Under the pieces are notes generated by a model. The model was not told the DNA's origin, did not search any database, and was given only the letters and a program-made list of their open reading frames with translations. A DNA stretch of 63,247 nucleotides, counting the filler, from Octopus bimaculoides (Eukaryota): the NCBI RefSeq assembly GCF_001194135.2. It is 5 parts of 5 records of this genome, joined end to end, with 100 filler letters (N's around TTAATTAATTAA, not from the genome) between each part and the next. Parts side by side here need not be neighbours in the genome. Positions count along the whole stretch, not along the records: positions 32,093 to 61,545 come from NC_068982.1; 4 more parts are not named here. One strand, given 5' to 3'. Positions 39,407 through 52,061 of the stretch are shown here, piece after piece. Each line of letters begins with the position of its first letter. The first letter of the stretch is position 1. A program made the position numbers and the translations under genes.

Positions 39407-39989
39407 CAAATATATGTTTCAGTGGTAATTAGTGGAGTGAATAAACTGAACAAGCGTTTTACTTCATTAATTATACAAACTGAAATGATGGCGTGGGTAT
39501 GACTTCTTGTTTAGACCCCGATCAGCCCTGATCCAGCATACGTACGCGTTTTTCTGTTTATAGAGTAGGATGTAATATAAAACACTAATGGTTTACCTGC
39601 TACGTCTAGCAGGTTGGACCTTAACACAGGCTTTCTCTCTGCCTGCATGGTGAAGTAGAAATACTAGAGTAACTCACACAAGAAATGTTTGATCCTATTT
39701 AGTTTCGTTCCGCTAAGATTTTTTTCGTTTCAAGTTTTAAGCCTAAGGGGATGTTGATATTATCGACCTGGAAGAGCGATACAGCCATGTACTGCGGACA
39801 GTTTAGTCGTCTGTGTCAGTGTGATATCAAGAGTGACCAAGTATCAATGTGACATATCATTAAATAGATGCTTGTAATATTCATGAAACGATACTGTCGT
39901 CGCCAACAAAGTTGTCGTCATCACCACCACCACTATAATCACGTATATCATGACCATTATGATCATTTAGTAGTAGTAATATCAACTTC

Positions 39990-40380
39990 ATATTTTAGCA
40001 TAAGGCCAGCAATTTAGAGGGAAGGAGGCAAGTCGATTACAACGACCCAAGTGCTCAACTGGTACTTATTTTATCAACCTCGAAAGGATGAAAAGCAGGG
40101 TCGACTTCGGCGGAATTTGAACTCAGAACGTAAAGGTGGACGAAATACCTATTTCTTTATTGCCCTCAAGGGGCTAAACATAGAGGGAACAAACAAGGAC
40201 AGACAAAGGGATTAAGTCGATTACATCGACCCCAGTGCGTAACTGGTACTTAATTTATCACCCCCGAAAGGATGAAAGGCAAAGTCGACCTCGGCGGAAT
40301 TTGAACTCAGAACGTAACAGCAGACGAAATACCGCTAAGCATTTCACACGGCGTGCTAACGTTTCTGCTAGCTCGCCGCT
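39990..40380 (-). mobile_element. Tandem SINE family A dimer
   Basis: A full copy with tail variant 2 is fused at AAGAAATAG|GTATTTCGTC to a 5'-truncated second copy. Confidence 0.9.
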
Positions 40381-41307
40381 TTCTTTTTTTTTTTTTTTAG
40401 GTAGTAGTAATATTTACTATAACATTGAAGTTTTCACTCCTAGCGTAGCAGATAGAGCTGTCATATCTTGCGTGGTTTGGGATCTCTTAAATATATTCGC
40501 CGAGGTAATTGGTGAAATGTAGATTCCGTTTCTCAGGACTGCTGCCACTTAGAACACACCACTTCCACTATACCTCCCACAACGCGCCGCCTTCACCATA
40601 CTATCTGCAAAACACTATTACTTGGTTAAAGACGGCCTGGGTGACACAATTATCAGTCATGTAAATCGAATCAAGGACTTGAACGAAATTTATTTTATCA
40701 ACTTCTGAAGGATCAAAAGTGAAGTTAACCTTGGCAAGATTTGACCTCGTACCGTAAAGGACTGATGTTTAAAGTAACCTGACGTTCTAGCATCTTTATA
40801 ATCCTTTCTACTAATGGCACAAGACCTGAAATTTTATGGGGAGGAGATTTGTCGATTACATTGACCCCAGTCAAACACTGGTACTGAGAGAGACATAGAT
40901 GACAGCAAATGTCATATATGTCCACCTTCACCCATTCCCTGTCGAAAGACGCGTGTTAGTGCAATTAATTATGAAGTAAGACACAAAATTATCTGGAACG
41001 ATCATATTTGTGTAGGCAGTAGGCAGTAGGGAGCATGTGATAAGAATCTCAACAATCTTCTGCAATTGAACTTGTTTCAACTTGTTTGTTATGGTACACT
41101 TTGTTTCGATCACACATACACATCCAAGCAACCAAAATTCTTAGATGTATACTCAGACACATTTAAACATGCATGCATGCATACATACATAATGCATACA
41201 TATATAGATTTATGCATTTATATAAACACGTATTGATAAAAAATATACGTAAATCTGGGTGTACGTGTATTTTACAAACACATATACATATATAAATATA
41301 CATAAAT

Positions 41308-41345
<38 letters not shown>

Positions 41346-41355
41346 NNNNNNNNNN

Positions 41356-42290
41356 AGAAAGCCATAAACGGCATGGGAGACCGAACATGCCTTCAGTCAG
41401 ATCTGGGCGAAAAAAAAGACAATATGCTTTTAAATGAAGATAAGTATGATTTGATCCACTTTGGAAAAGAGGAAACTCTGAAATTACCATATGTTCTTCC
41501 CTCGAGTGACTCCCTAGTGTCATCCAACAATACCAGAGACCTTGGAGTAATTGTTGATAACAATCTAAGCTGGAGTTCCCACGTAAACAGCAAGGTTGAC
41601 TTGGCCCGCAAGACGTGCTCCTGGATTCTGAGAACTTTCCGGTCTAGAGATGCCCACACCATCATCCTTCTCTACTCTACTTTTGCCCGACCCCACTTTG
41701 AATACTGTTGCCCACTGAGGTCCCCCCATACGAAGCAACTCATTATGAAAGCAAAAGCACTCCAGAGGTCAATAACAAGAAAGATAGTCGGCATGAGAGG
41801 CATTGATTATTGGAGTCTACTAAAAAAACTCAGTCTCTACTCTCTCCAGCGCCGGCGGGAGCGCTACATCATTTGTGTTATGTGGAAAATATTCCATCAA
41901 TATCGCACAAATGAAGTTGGCATCAATTTTAAAACCATCCAAGACTTGGCCCCCGTGCTATCCGCCCACTACAAAAATTGAACTCGATACACATAGCAAC
42001 ATTACGTCACAATTACTTTACCTCAACCGGTCCAGCTCTTTTTAAAACCATACCAAAATACGTCGAAACGGAAACGGATGCCATAAAATTCAAATGTTCA
42101 CTGGACAAATTTCTTCAAAAAATCCCGGACCAACCTCCTACACCTAGATATGTCTCCAACAATAATAACTCTTTGCTAGAGTAGACCATAGTGCCCCATC
42201 TATGACTAAAAGACTTCACCAGGTGGTGCTATTAAGTTAGACATGGCCTGGGCCTATACTGGCCGAAACCTATTAAAGGTATCAAAGTTA
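41356..42290 (+). mobile_element. CR1-group LINE 3' fragment (RT C-terminal region)
   Basis: RDLGVIVDNNLSWSSHV, WILRTFRSRD, RPHFEYCCP, LYSLQRRRERY, LDKFLQKIPDQP, followed by a 3' tail. Confidence 0.92.
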
Positions 42291-42400
42291 TATATAAACA
42301 TACATATATACAGATGTACATATATATGTGTACATACATTCATGTATATATACAGATATATATATATATTTACATATTTGTACACACGCGCGCGCGCACG

Positions 42401-42455
<55 letters not shown>

Positions 42456-42959
42456 TTATATTTATATACGTAAACGTATTTATAAATAATTGTACATGAT
42501 TTGCACGTGATTTGCAAATGATTTGACCTGAGATCTTATGCTGAAATTAAACCCATTTAAAAATACACACTATTTCGTGGTAAATAATAATATATATTCA
42601 CACATACATGTACATACATACATACATACAAACAAACAAACAAACAAACGTACATAGATACATCCATTCATTCATAGATGCATACATATAGACGTATGTA
42701 AACATGTATGAGTAGCTACCCCAAAATGTCAAGCTACTACTTCTCATTGCTCTATGCTGTTGCTAAAGCAGAATGTACTGCAATCCGTATTATATAAAAA
42801 TAGATAATGTCCCTCGTTTTGAAAATAAACATACATATCAATACAAGGTATACTGGTGGAACATTCCCTTCAACATTTGTTTACCATGTACAAATAAAAT
42901 AATCATGATGTTTTACAACACTGAATTGTTCTCTTTCACACTCCCCTTCCCCCCGCTCT

Positions 42960-43900
42960 CTCCTTAACGACTTCTTGCATGTCTTCAGTAGAACTAAATC
43001 AATTGGAGACTACTCTCTTATATCCCACACCAGTTTGTTTCCATCTCAGAAAAATTACGTGAAAGCAATGTTGTTACCCTCAACTCCAGCAAAGCTTTCA
43101 ACTGTATCAAAACTTTGAACTGTACCGAAACTTTCGGCGTAAGGGAACCACCTGTCTCTTATTTATTCAATCAAACCTTCAAGCCAGATCACAACAGAGT
43201 AGATGATATTTCTTCTGCCCACATGCAGTAGACTCTGGTGTCCCCCAGTGTTTACCCGCCACTTTTTTCCTTCTATATATCAGTGACCTACAAGTCATGT
43301 CCAGCAACGTTCACTCTTGCGTAGACCAAACGACGCTTCTTTTCTCTCTGATCTTCTCCAACCACGCATCGTTCACATGCAATTTAGACACTACGCAGTA
43401 AACCTGCACTGATACCATGGACAAATAATTTGAAAGTTTTTATTAGGCTGTGCCAATCTTGCCTCATTCATCACCAATAAATAAAAAACACTATTCACAT
43501 CAAGAAAATATCATCGCACCAGCATTCTTAGATATGTGCAGCATTTAGACTAGAGCTCTCACAGTCGTTCCATTTGTTAAGACTCACTATGATTCAGGAT
43601 CTACCTTAGCGAAAGCATATCCATAACATAGCTAGGACAACATGCTAAACACTTTTCTTCAAGTCTAGAAAATACTTCCGTCTCAATCAGTTGATGACAC
43701 TGTACATAGCTACAGTGAGATCTTCAATGATTATTCCCACATTCAGGACGGTGTTGCTTCTACGCACACCGAAATCTTGTACCAGTCGAATGATTAGCAT
43801 AAAATCACTCACAGAAACGACAGATCCACTCTATATCTTTAAAGGGAAAGAGAAAAGATTCAAAGGTTGTCCATACAGCTATCACATACATAGATATGTA
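42960..43900 (+). mobile_element. Highly decayed CR1/L2-group LINE RT fragment
   Basis: SKAF, DSGVPQ, FLLYISDL and RKYFRLNQLMTLYIATVRS remnants. Confidence 0.65.
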
Positions 43901-45246
43901 CAATCATATTGCAAATATAATAAATATAAAAAATCACAAGAGCAAAGTTTGACAAATATGGTATTAGTTTAACGCTTCAATGGAGAAAGAGAATGCCTTA
44001 ACATTTCGGACGTAAGCTTTTTATCAGAAGGAAAGAAAGGATAAGAGAAAGAAAGGGAGTTGAAAAGGAAAACAATGACTAGTATGAAAATTAAGGAGAG
44101 ACACATTATAAGTGAAATGAACTGTGTACAATTCATTGTTAGATTGTTCTAGAAATACCTTATGGAGAAATTCTGTTTTTGTTGTTACCCACCTCGATGA
44201 CATGCAGCGGTCATATATCTGTTCTCTATAATATATCTGTTCTTTATAAAGTAAACCACACAACAACATTACCGTGTTCGCCTACTGAAATATAATATTC
44301 CGTGTTCTGGTGTAACATCAGATTAAACTACTTCTCGCCTGAATATAAAGTGACTGTGTATAAAGACACTTGTAGTATGGATGAGCTGCAGTAGTGGTGG
44401 GGGTTAGGATAACCAGCGCCATCTGTAGTATCTTAGTGATAGCTATTACTGATCATTATCTCCTGTTACTTAGTAATTTTGTAGCGTTAGTGCAAAACAC
44501 TCGAACCAATGCTGATGGATTGCTTGATGTGTTTCAACATGGTTTCAAAGTGTGGCTGTCAGGAAGATTAGTTGGTTCGTAGAATATACATATATAAAAT
44601 AAAGTTGTATACTATGGCGAAGACATCAACATTGACATTTATTCTCTGTTGGTATATTTCTCTATTGTAAATCTAAACTGTTGTATGCTTAAAGTATTCA
44701 TGGACCAACTTATGACACACAAGTTCATATACACATTCAAGAATTTAGTTTAGAATATAGCATTATCTCATTTTAGCTTGATTTTAGGACTAGAAATTCT
44801 GTGACTACCCTATCTGCTGGACTGGTGTTCGCTCCAGGTAATACAATAAGTTGATCTTGCGAGTGGAACACTATTTCTTTCTAACCCGTTAATGGTATTT
44901 GTTAAGATTTTGGTCGCTATGTCAAAATTTCAGTTTCAGCTTTTTATCTATGGATTCGTAATGTTCAGATAGTCAATATGCATAGTTTTGAAGAGATAGT
45001 AATACGGATGATTGATATTGGTGGCACCCTTTAAAGTTAGTAGGTGGGGAGTAACTACTTTTCAAAAGGATGCAGTGCAACTCTTAAGTTAGATTTTAGA
45101 AGGTACACTTTCCAGTAAGTACAAGTGAAGTTATTTAAAATTACTCCCACCTCAAGAACCTGTTACAAATATACTCAGATTGCAGGGGAAACGAAAGGGT
45201 ACCGGAAAGGTAACAATTCGTGCCATGGTTCAATCAGTGTCTAAAT

Positions 45247-45530
45247 CAGAGGTTCTCAAACGGTGCATTGCACTAGAACGCTGCAAAGGATATCAAGGTG
45301 CATCCTGGTATTTAAACAAATATAATTTAGGGCATTAAAAAATCCATTCAAAAGCTTGAACATTATGAAAATTATGTTATTCATTTCAAAATATGATTTA
45401 TAAAAGAAGTTTGCAAAAGTTTAATAAATATATTTTGCGAAATTTATAATTTTAAAACATTTATGTTTTCAACTTTTTACAAATTTTCATCTCCAATGTG
45501 TCCCGAACTCAAAATAATTGAGAACCACAA
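45247..45530. mobile_element. hAT (Charlie-type) MITE
   Basis: Starts CAGAGGTTCTCAAA and ends TTGAGAACCAC. Left flank GTCTAAAT resembles the NTCTAGAN target; the right TSD is decayed. Confidence 0.65.
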
Positions 45531-46216
45531 GTCAAGGAGTTTAACTCTCAACAGTTTAGTTTGCCTGCTGTAATTAGACCTCAGGAGACATTTACCATTC
45601 TAATACGTACTGGAAATATAACAAGTGATTCATTGGCGCAACGTGATCAGTTCAGTGCCTTTTTGCAAGAAAAGTTACCAGAGATAATTGCTCCATTATC
45701 CAGTTTCAGATGCTTCTCTCAACGCATAACGTCATAGAAAGCGAGAAAGGCAAAAGCACAAGAGGATTATTAGAGAAAATATAGACAGTATTAAAGCCGA
45801 AACATAAACATGAAATATTGGGTAGAAAGGAAATATCTTTATATTAAATCTCTATGATGGATAGAAATTAAAGGGTGCTTGTGTCTGCGTGTGTGCTTGT
45901 GTGTTGGGGCATGTGAGAGACAGAGTTGGAGAAAGAAAGAGAGAGGAGAGAGAGAGAGAGAGACTGTGCGTGTGTGTGTGTGTGTGTGTGCACGTGTGTG
46001 TGAGAGAGAGATAGAGAAAGAGATAAAGAGAGACACCAGTAGAATATATTATGTGCGTGTCGTTATCTCAGTTGAAAAGAAAGTTGTAAGAGAAATAGAA
46101 AAAAATATGAAAAACAAAAATCATTGAAAGAAGAAAAGCCTCTAAATTGGCCGATACGAATAATGGAAATAGGTAAAATCTCCGAAAGAATGGTCAAAAT
46201 AAATAAATAAACAAAT

Positions 46217-46808
46217 GGATCTATTTTAAAACGGGGGCCACATTTTTCATTAATGTTTTACGTAGTGTTTTTGGTACGGAAAGACTTTCAAACTTCGTAT
46301 ACTTATCTATTTTGTGTTATAGAACAGAAAAATATTTTTGTATTCGAATTTATTTCATGTAAAAAATTGTCTTATTTCGATAATTTCAACCAATCACTGA
46401 CAAGTATTCAGTTATTTATATTTACTCCTTTGGCTGATTAAGCGATGTAAAGCGTATTTAATCTCCATACCTTCGTTTTATTTGCTTTTTTCATTTTAAA
46501 TTTGCTTTAACCCTAACCCTAACCCTAACCCTAACTCTAACCCTAACCCTATGGTTAGGGTTAGGGTTAATTGTTTCAGAATCGTTTGTTTATGTAGTCG
46601 GCACTTAATGTATATCGGCTGAATGGACGTCAGTGATTGGTTGAAATTACAGAAATTCGACAACTTTAACATGGAATAACTTATGGATTTCTTTTTTTTT
46701 TAAGAAGACTAAGAGAAAAAGATGTTTTATATGACACATTCTACCAGTGTTCCAAGTTTCAAAGTGTTTCGTTAATGAAAAATGTGGCCCCCGTTTTAAA
46801 AAAGATCC
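46217..46808. mobile_element. MITE with ~37-bp TIRs and 8-bp TSD, Merlin-like
   Basis: TIR GGATCTATTTTAAAACGGGGGCCACATTTTTCATTAA and its near-perfect inverse. Exact TSD AAACAAAT at 46209-46216 and 46809-46816. Confidence 0.9.
46508..46569. repeat. Interstitial telomeric repeat: (TAACCC) x7, then (GGTTAG) x3 inverted
   Basis: Direct reading; lies inside the MITE. Confidence 0.9.
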
Positions 46809-47262
46809 AAACAAATTCTAAATCGAAATTCGGATTGATAATCAAAAATAAAATAATGATTTTCGATTGCTCTTAATGATTTTTTGTATAAGACACAGCC
46901 GTGAATTTGTTTTTGGGTGCTTATGAAGGGATATATCTAATACATGTCAAGTACTTATCTTATCGACCATAAGACAACGAAAGCCCAACTTGGTCTCAGA
47001 GGGATTTGTTTAGTCTTTCTGCTAGGAATATTATACCCATACACATACGCAAAGGAACAGTAGCTAAATATCACATTCTGTTTGACACTCTAAAGGCTTC
47101 GTTAACTTACCACGCCTTTGTTAACTGAAAATGTATGGCAGGTACATGTGACTGAGTGTGTGTGAGTGAGCATTGGATTAGGGAAGGGGATGCAGACGAT
47201 GTATATAACCGATCAGTGACTAACACTGCTGTTGAGTTTGATCAATTCAAATCTTACCGAGT

Positions 47263-47630
47263 TTATTACCTCCGCCTTAACGAAGGCAGAGGTATTGTTT
47301 TCAGTCAAGTTTGTTTGTTTGTCCGTGGACAATATACCTCAAGAACTGTTCAATGGATTCGAATGAAACTTTCAGAGATGTTTAGCCTCGTGACTGGCAC
47401 GAACTGATTAGATTTTAGAATCGATCCAGTACCGGAGAAGGATTCTAGATTATTTTTCCAGCTTTTTAACCTAATTTTTGAGAGCGGTCAGGTTCATTTT
47501 TAGTATTCTCGTTTGTGAGAGCAGTCGAGTTTATTTCAGATATTCTCATTTTTAAATTATCTCCGGTTAATCGTTGAGAGGACGTTGGTGCTGCTTTAGC
47601 GGAAGATTGCGCTCTCTCAGTGCTCTTGTT
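47263..47630 (+). mobile_element. Non-autonomous Helentron/DINE-1-like element (HINE)
   Basis: 5' stem-loop TACCTCCGCC..GGCAGAGGTA, (GTTT)n tract, degenerate 3' subTIR AGCGGAAGAT, hairpin GCGCT-CTCTC-AGTGC, TT ends. Confidence 0.75.
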
Positions 47631-48320
47631 ACGACTGAATTTGATTTTTAAAATCGAAAAAAATTTCTTCGCTGTTTTATTAATTTGACCAATACTAAGC
47701 CCTCTCCAAAGGCAATAATTTTTGTATCTAAAACGCCTATGTCTCCTTTTGTTTAGTATTTCTGCTACGCTAGGAATATCATATCCATACACATACACTC
47801 ATATACACACATACACACATAAACACACCTATATGCACACACGCAAAATTTTGCGCTAAAGAAATCTGGCGACAAAATGAGAAAAAGGCAGGCTTCGATC
47901 CAGTTTCGTATTTTAGAAGTTGGTCCTTGAACAAAGATCATCAATAGCTCACTGCGACAACTGTAATTATTAACATACTCTTAAACATATATTAAGATAG
48001 AGTGAGTTGACTATAACAATGAATTTTCCACAGAACTCTTCAAAGAATTATAAGTGAGCCAATGAGGGAACGTCTATATGATTGATTCACTTACCAGAAA
48101 AAGCAGCCAAATAGTTCTCAGAATCAAGGCTCTACTGTCTTAAAAAAAAAACAGAATGCAGTGCACATTGTGATCTTTGACGCAGTGTGTATGAATATAA
48201 GACGAAGTGCTCATACACGAAGTATCTTTGATCATAGGATTTCTTGATAAGAGCTGACAGGAGGTGAGCAACATGTATGATAAACGGTAACATTGACAAT
48301 TCCATAAATTGTTGACTTAC

Positions 48321-48501
48321 CATCTTTGATGTAAAGGTCAATCTCAAACATATAATTCTTCACTTGGATAGACTCCAGTTGGTAATCGACCTGAGAAACT
48401 CGAAGAATTCCGGAATGTTCTCCACATGGTACCCGAAGTTCGCCGCTATAGTAGTGAGATTTCTTTAACAACAGTTCGACTTTGGTCAGTCCGCCATCGG
48501 C
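48321..48501 (-). CDS. Internal exon of the uncharacterised gene (globular domain, part 3)
   Basis: Acceptor TCCTCCCTTCAAATAG, donor G|GTAAGT. 181 nt, phase 0 to 1: ADGGLTKVELLLKKSHYYSGELRVPCGEHSGILRVSQVDYQLESIQVKNYMFEIDLYIKD. Confidence 0.82.
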
Positions 48502-49813
48502 CTATTTGAAGGGAGGACATAGAAATATGTTGTTTAAATTATCTATGAAGACTGAAAATGTTAGACTGTGACGATTGACATCTCTCATTCGTAAGGTATT
48601 CTTCATATTACGAGTGAGAAAGCACAAATATGAAACGACAAACACGGAAAACAAACAAAAATACTTCTTGGCAGATCTAGAAAATGAGGAGGGGTTACAT
48701 AGGCAGACATTATTACCAGAATGGTATCAATAAAATACAATGTGATAACACATTGTAGGGTAGAGGCATGATTTACTGAGTCTCTCTTTCCATGATATAT
48801 GACTGGTACTGATGTTATATATCCCAAAGGATAACATGCGGAATTATGGATATCATGCGAAATCAGAACGAAAATGACGTAAGCAAATACTGCAAGACAT
48901 TCTAGTTCAATAAAGAACTGAATCTGTAGGATACTGTCGAGATTTGGTTCGCTCGGAGCTTCTTAATAGGACTTTACCGGAAGGAGAATAATGAAAGGGT
49001 GGCTAGCCTTACTTAGAAATAGGCTAAGAAGTAGCTACAACTGTTCCACAAATTACTATCTCGGACCGTTTCCAGTCTGACTAGATTAGAGTATTTGTAC
49101 TTCCACCTCCAGTGGAAAGGGTGTGTTTTAATGGTCGGACTATTCATCTACTATAAGTCCTCTCCAATGTAGGATCAGCTTTTCGTGATTGCTGATGTGC
49201 AGACATATGCTCACGTTACACTAGTTACAGAGATACTTAAAGTTTCTTAACGGTAAGTCAGTATGGTCTCTGATGACATTGCATTTCTGGGTCAAGAAAA
49301 GACTAATATTGGAAATCAGGTATCTAAAATACTTGCAGATACTCACCACCCTCTATCAGTCGGTGATAATTTCACATTAGCAAATATAGAGGTCAAATGG
49401 TTTGGAAAAGAGTGACGGCGTTCTAGGAAAAAATCTGGGCGTCGACGAAGACAGATTAGCTGCTCTATTCGTGACTACTTTCGAAATGAAGACTATTATA
49501 AATAACGATCAGAAATCCTTCACCTTGTTAGTGCTGCCAAAGGGCACAGCCGGTCTGAGAACAACGGACAGAAGTGCCGTCAGGTGGGATCTTCCGAAAT
49601 ACAAGTGGCACGATGAAACCGTTTTGCATGCACTGACTCGGTGTCTAAATATTGCTGATTTATGGAATTATATCAAATGCCTCTCTTTATAAAACTACAT
49701 ACTTATTTACTCTCAAACTTCAAACCAATATCCATTATCCTTACTAAATATTCTAACCGTTTGACCAAGAGAATCGATAGGTTTTTGCATTTTTAGCGTA
49801 CTATTTGAAGTCA

Positions 49814-49856
<43 letters not shown>

Positions 49857-50318
49857 NNNNNNNNNNNNNNNNNNNNNNNNNNNNNNNNNNNNNNATATAT
49901 CAGATGATTTATTGTTCTCCCTATTCTTCTTCTTCTTCTTCTTATTATTATTATATTATTGTTCAAATTCCGCTGAAGTTAACTTTGCCTTTCATCCTTA
50001 AGGGTTCGGTAAAATAAGTACCAGTTGAGTACTGGGGCCGATGTAATCGACTATACCCCTCTTCCAAAGTTTCAGGCCTTGTGCCTGTAATAGAAAGGAT
50101 TATTATTATTATTAGTGTGGTGTATTGAGCTTAGTACTGCAAGTTAATTACACACTTGTTAATTTTACAGTGCCAGCGCTGACAACAATACCATCCTATT
50201 ATGTGATGTTTATCTATAGCTTGAAGTATTGAGCCACGAATTCAATGCTGTGACAGGTAACGAACCTCAGCTGTTGTTATGTGTATGTTCGGTACGCTAT
50301 CACCTGCTAAACACTCAC

Positions 50319-50348
50319 CTCTAAACACACAGCAGAAATTGGTACCAG
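50319..50348 (-). CDS. 30-nt exon of the uncharacterised gene (LVPISAVCLE)
   Basis: Acceptor TTTTTTTTACTGCTTTACAG, donor GAG|GTGAGT; phase 0 to 0 fits both neighbours. Confidence 0.72.
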
Positions 50349-50758
50349 CTGTAAAGCAGTAAAAAAAAATTTCTTTTTCTGAGGTGTGAAATTTAAAATG
50401 GATATTATTTCTATTAGAGCTCAGAGAAAAGGAACCAATTATATATGGAATTTTTTTCAAACCGTATCTGTAATAAGACAATGAAGCGCAGTGAAATTGA
50501 GATACTATTCATATTTTTCTCCTTTTCTTCAATATATTTCAGAGATTTAAAGGTTGAAAGCTTAGAAAAAGCTCATGAACCATGTAAACTGTTTTAAGAA
50601 TGAGGAAATTTTGCTTCCAAAGACGTTTCGTTTATGAAATCTAAAAGTGAAACTACAATTAAATGCGCAAATCGAAATAGTCATTGCTTTCAGGATTAGA
50701 AGTGGATTGTTATTTTAATTAATATACTGTCACCAGGAAAATAAGCTGGGAATATTAC

Positions 50759-50916
50759 CGGTCCGTAATTAACAAAGAGTAAAACTTTGTCGGCGACATT
50801 AAAAAGTAGAGATTTCTTCCAGTGATAGCGACATGTAGCATATTTTCCAACTTCCATAGTAGAGCCCATGACTTCAGGAATCTTACAACTATTTTTCTCT
50901 GCTTCACATTGACGTT
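50759..50916 (-). CDS. Internal exon of the uncharacterised gene (globular domain, part 1)
   Basis: Acceptor TTTTATCTTTTACATTACAG, donor CCG|GTAATA. 158 nt, phase 1 to 0: RQCEAEKNSCKIPEVMGSTMEVGKYATCRYHWKKSLLFNVADKVLLFVNYGP. Confidence 0.78.
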
Positions 50917-52061
50917 CTGTAATGTAAAAGATAAAAAACAAATGTGGAAGGTGTTGTTAGTGACGTTTCTATGTTTATTTATACCAAAGATATTAATTAC
51001 CATATGACCAGTGGAATTTTTGAAAAGAAACCGATTTTGTTATATTTCGGGAGGGTCGTTACGACAATAATAAACACATGTACTGGTTCTATTTCACCTG
51101 TTATAATTTTTAATCTTATTATTTAACAATTTCATCAATAAACTAATCGATTGTTTGATTAATAGTACGACCAGATCAATCAAGTAACTAGGTTTGTCAA
51201 AGTCCTTTCATCGCCATCAACGTCATACTTTCTCTACTCTCCGTCTGTAATACATACACACAGTGGCGACTCCGGCACTAAGGCTGTTCGGACTTAGCCC
51301 GCGTATAAATTTAGTAAAGTGAATGTGTATTTGCAAGCTGATTTAATTTCTGCCAACACTGACTTCAAGTATATAATTGCAGCCAATAACTCGGGCTCCT
51401 TTTATTGAGCCTGGTCGTAGTTCATTTATTTTCGTTCAGCGTCTTAGAGGTGCCCTGTGTCAGAAAATATCATTCGTAGCAGACGTTCTCTCGACATTGT
51501 TCACACGCGCCTGACTCAGACTCAGAAGTTACAGCCTGACTTGTTATCTATAATCGTAAAAATTAAAAGTAATTCAAATTCAATGTTTTCTTGAAGCAAT
51601 AACTTTCTATAGAGATTAGGATTTAAATCCCAATCTATAAAAAGTTTCCGTTCTACAATATTCTTAAAGAAACGAAAAATTATTCAGCACCTCGGACTAA
51701 TACGAACGAGCTTGGTAGGTGTAAAAGACTAACTGGAATCTCTTGTCAAGAGTACAGGCGACAATTAGATAGCTGATGTTTGTTGTGCACTCCACTGCCG
51801 TTATTTGATTGCTGTTATTCTGTGCGTCTGTGTGTAAAGATCAGTTGTGTTTTGCAGGGTTGCTTTCTTTTAACCCGTAACTTAGAAATGGAGAAAGACA
51901 TAATGCTAGATATAAAAAAATAAGCCATTTGGGGCAAAAAGGAAGCGGAAAAAACGTGAAATTCTTCGAATAGGCATGTGTCCTATGCGAAATCTGTGAT
52001 GAGCCCTAGCGACGCTGAAGACCTGGAGTCGCCTCTGCATACATACATACTGATACGTTCC

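Noticed and set aside
42235-42285. GGCC…GGCCGAAAC in the CR1 tail as a hammerhead
   Set aside because: No CUGANGA core.
46508-46569. True telomere or chromosome-fusion scar
   Set aside because: Short and enclosed by TIRs and a TSD, so it arrived as transposon cargo.
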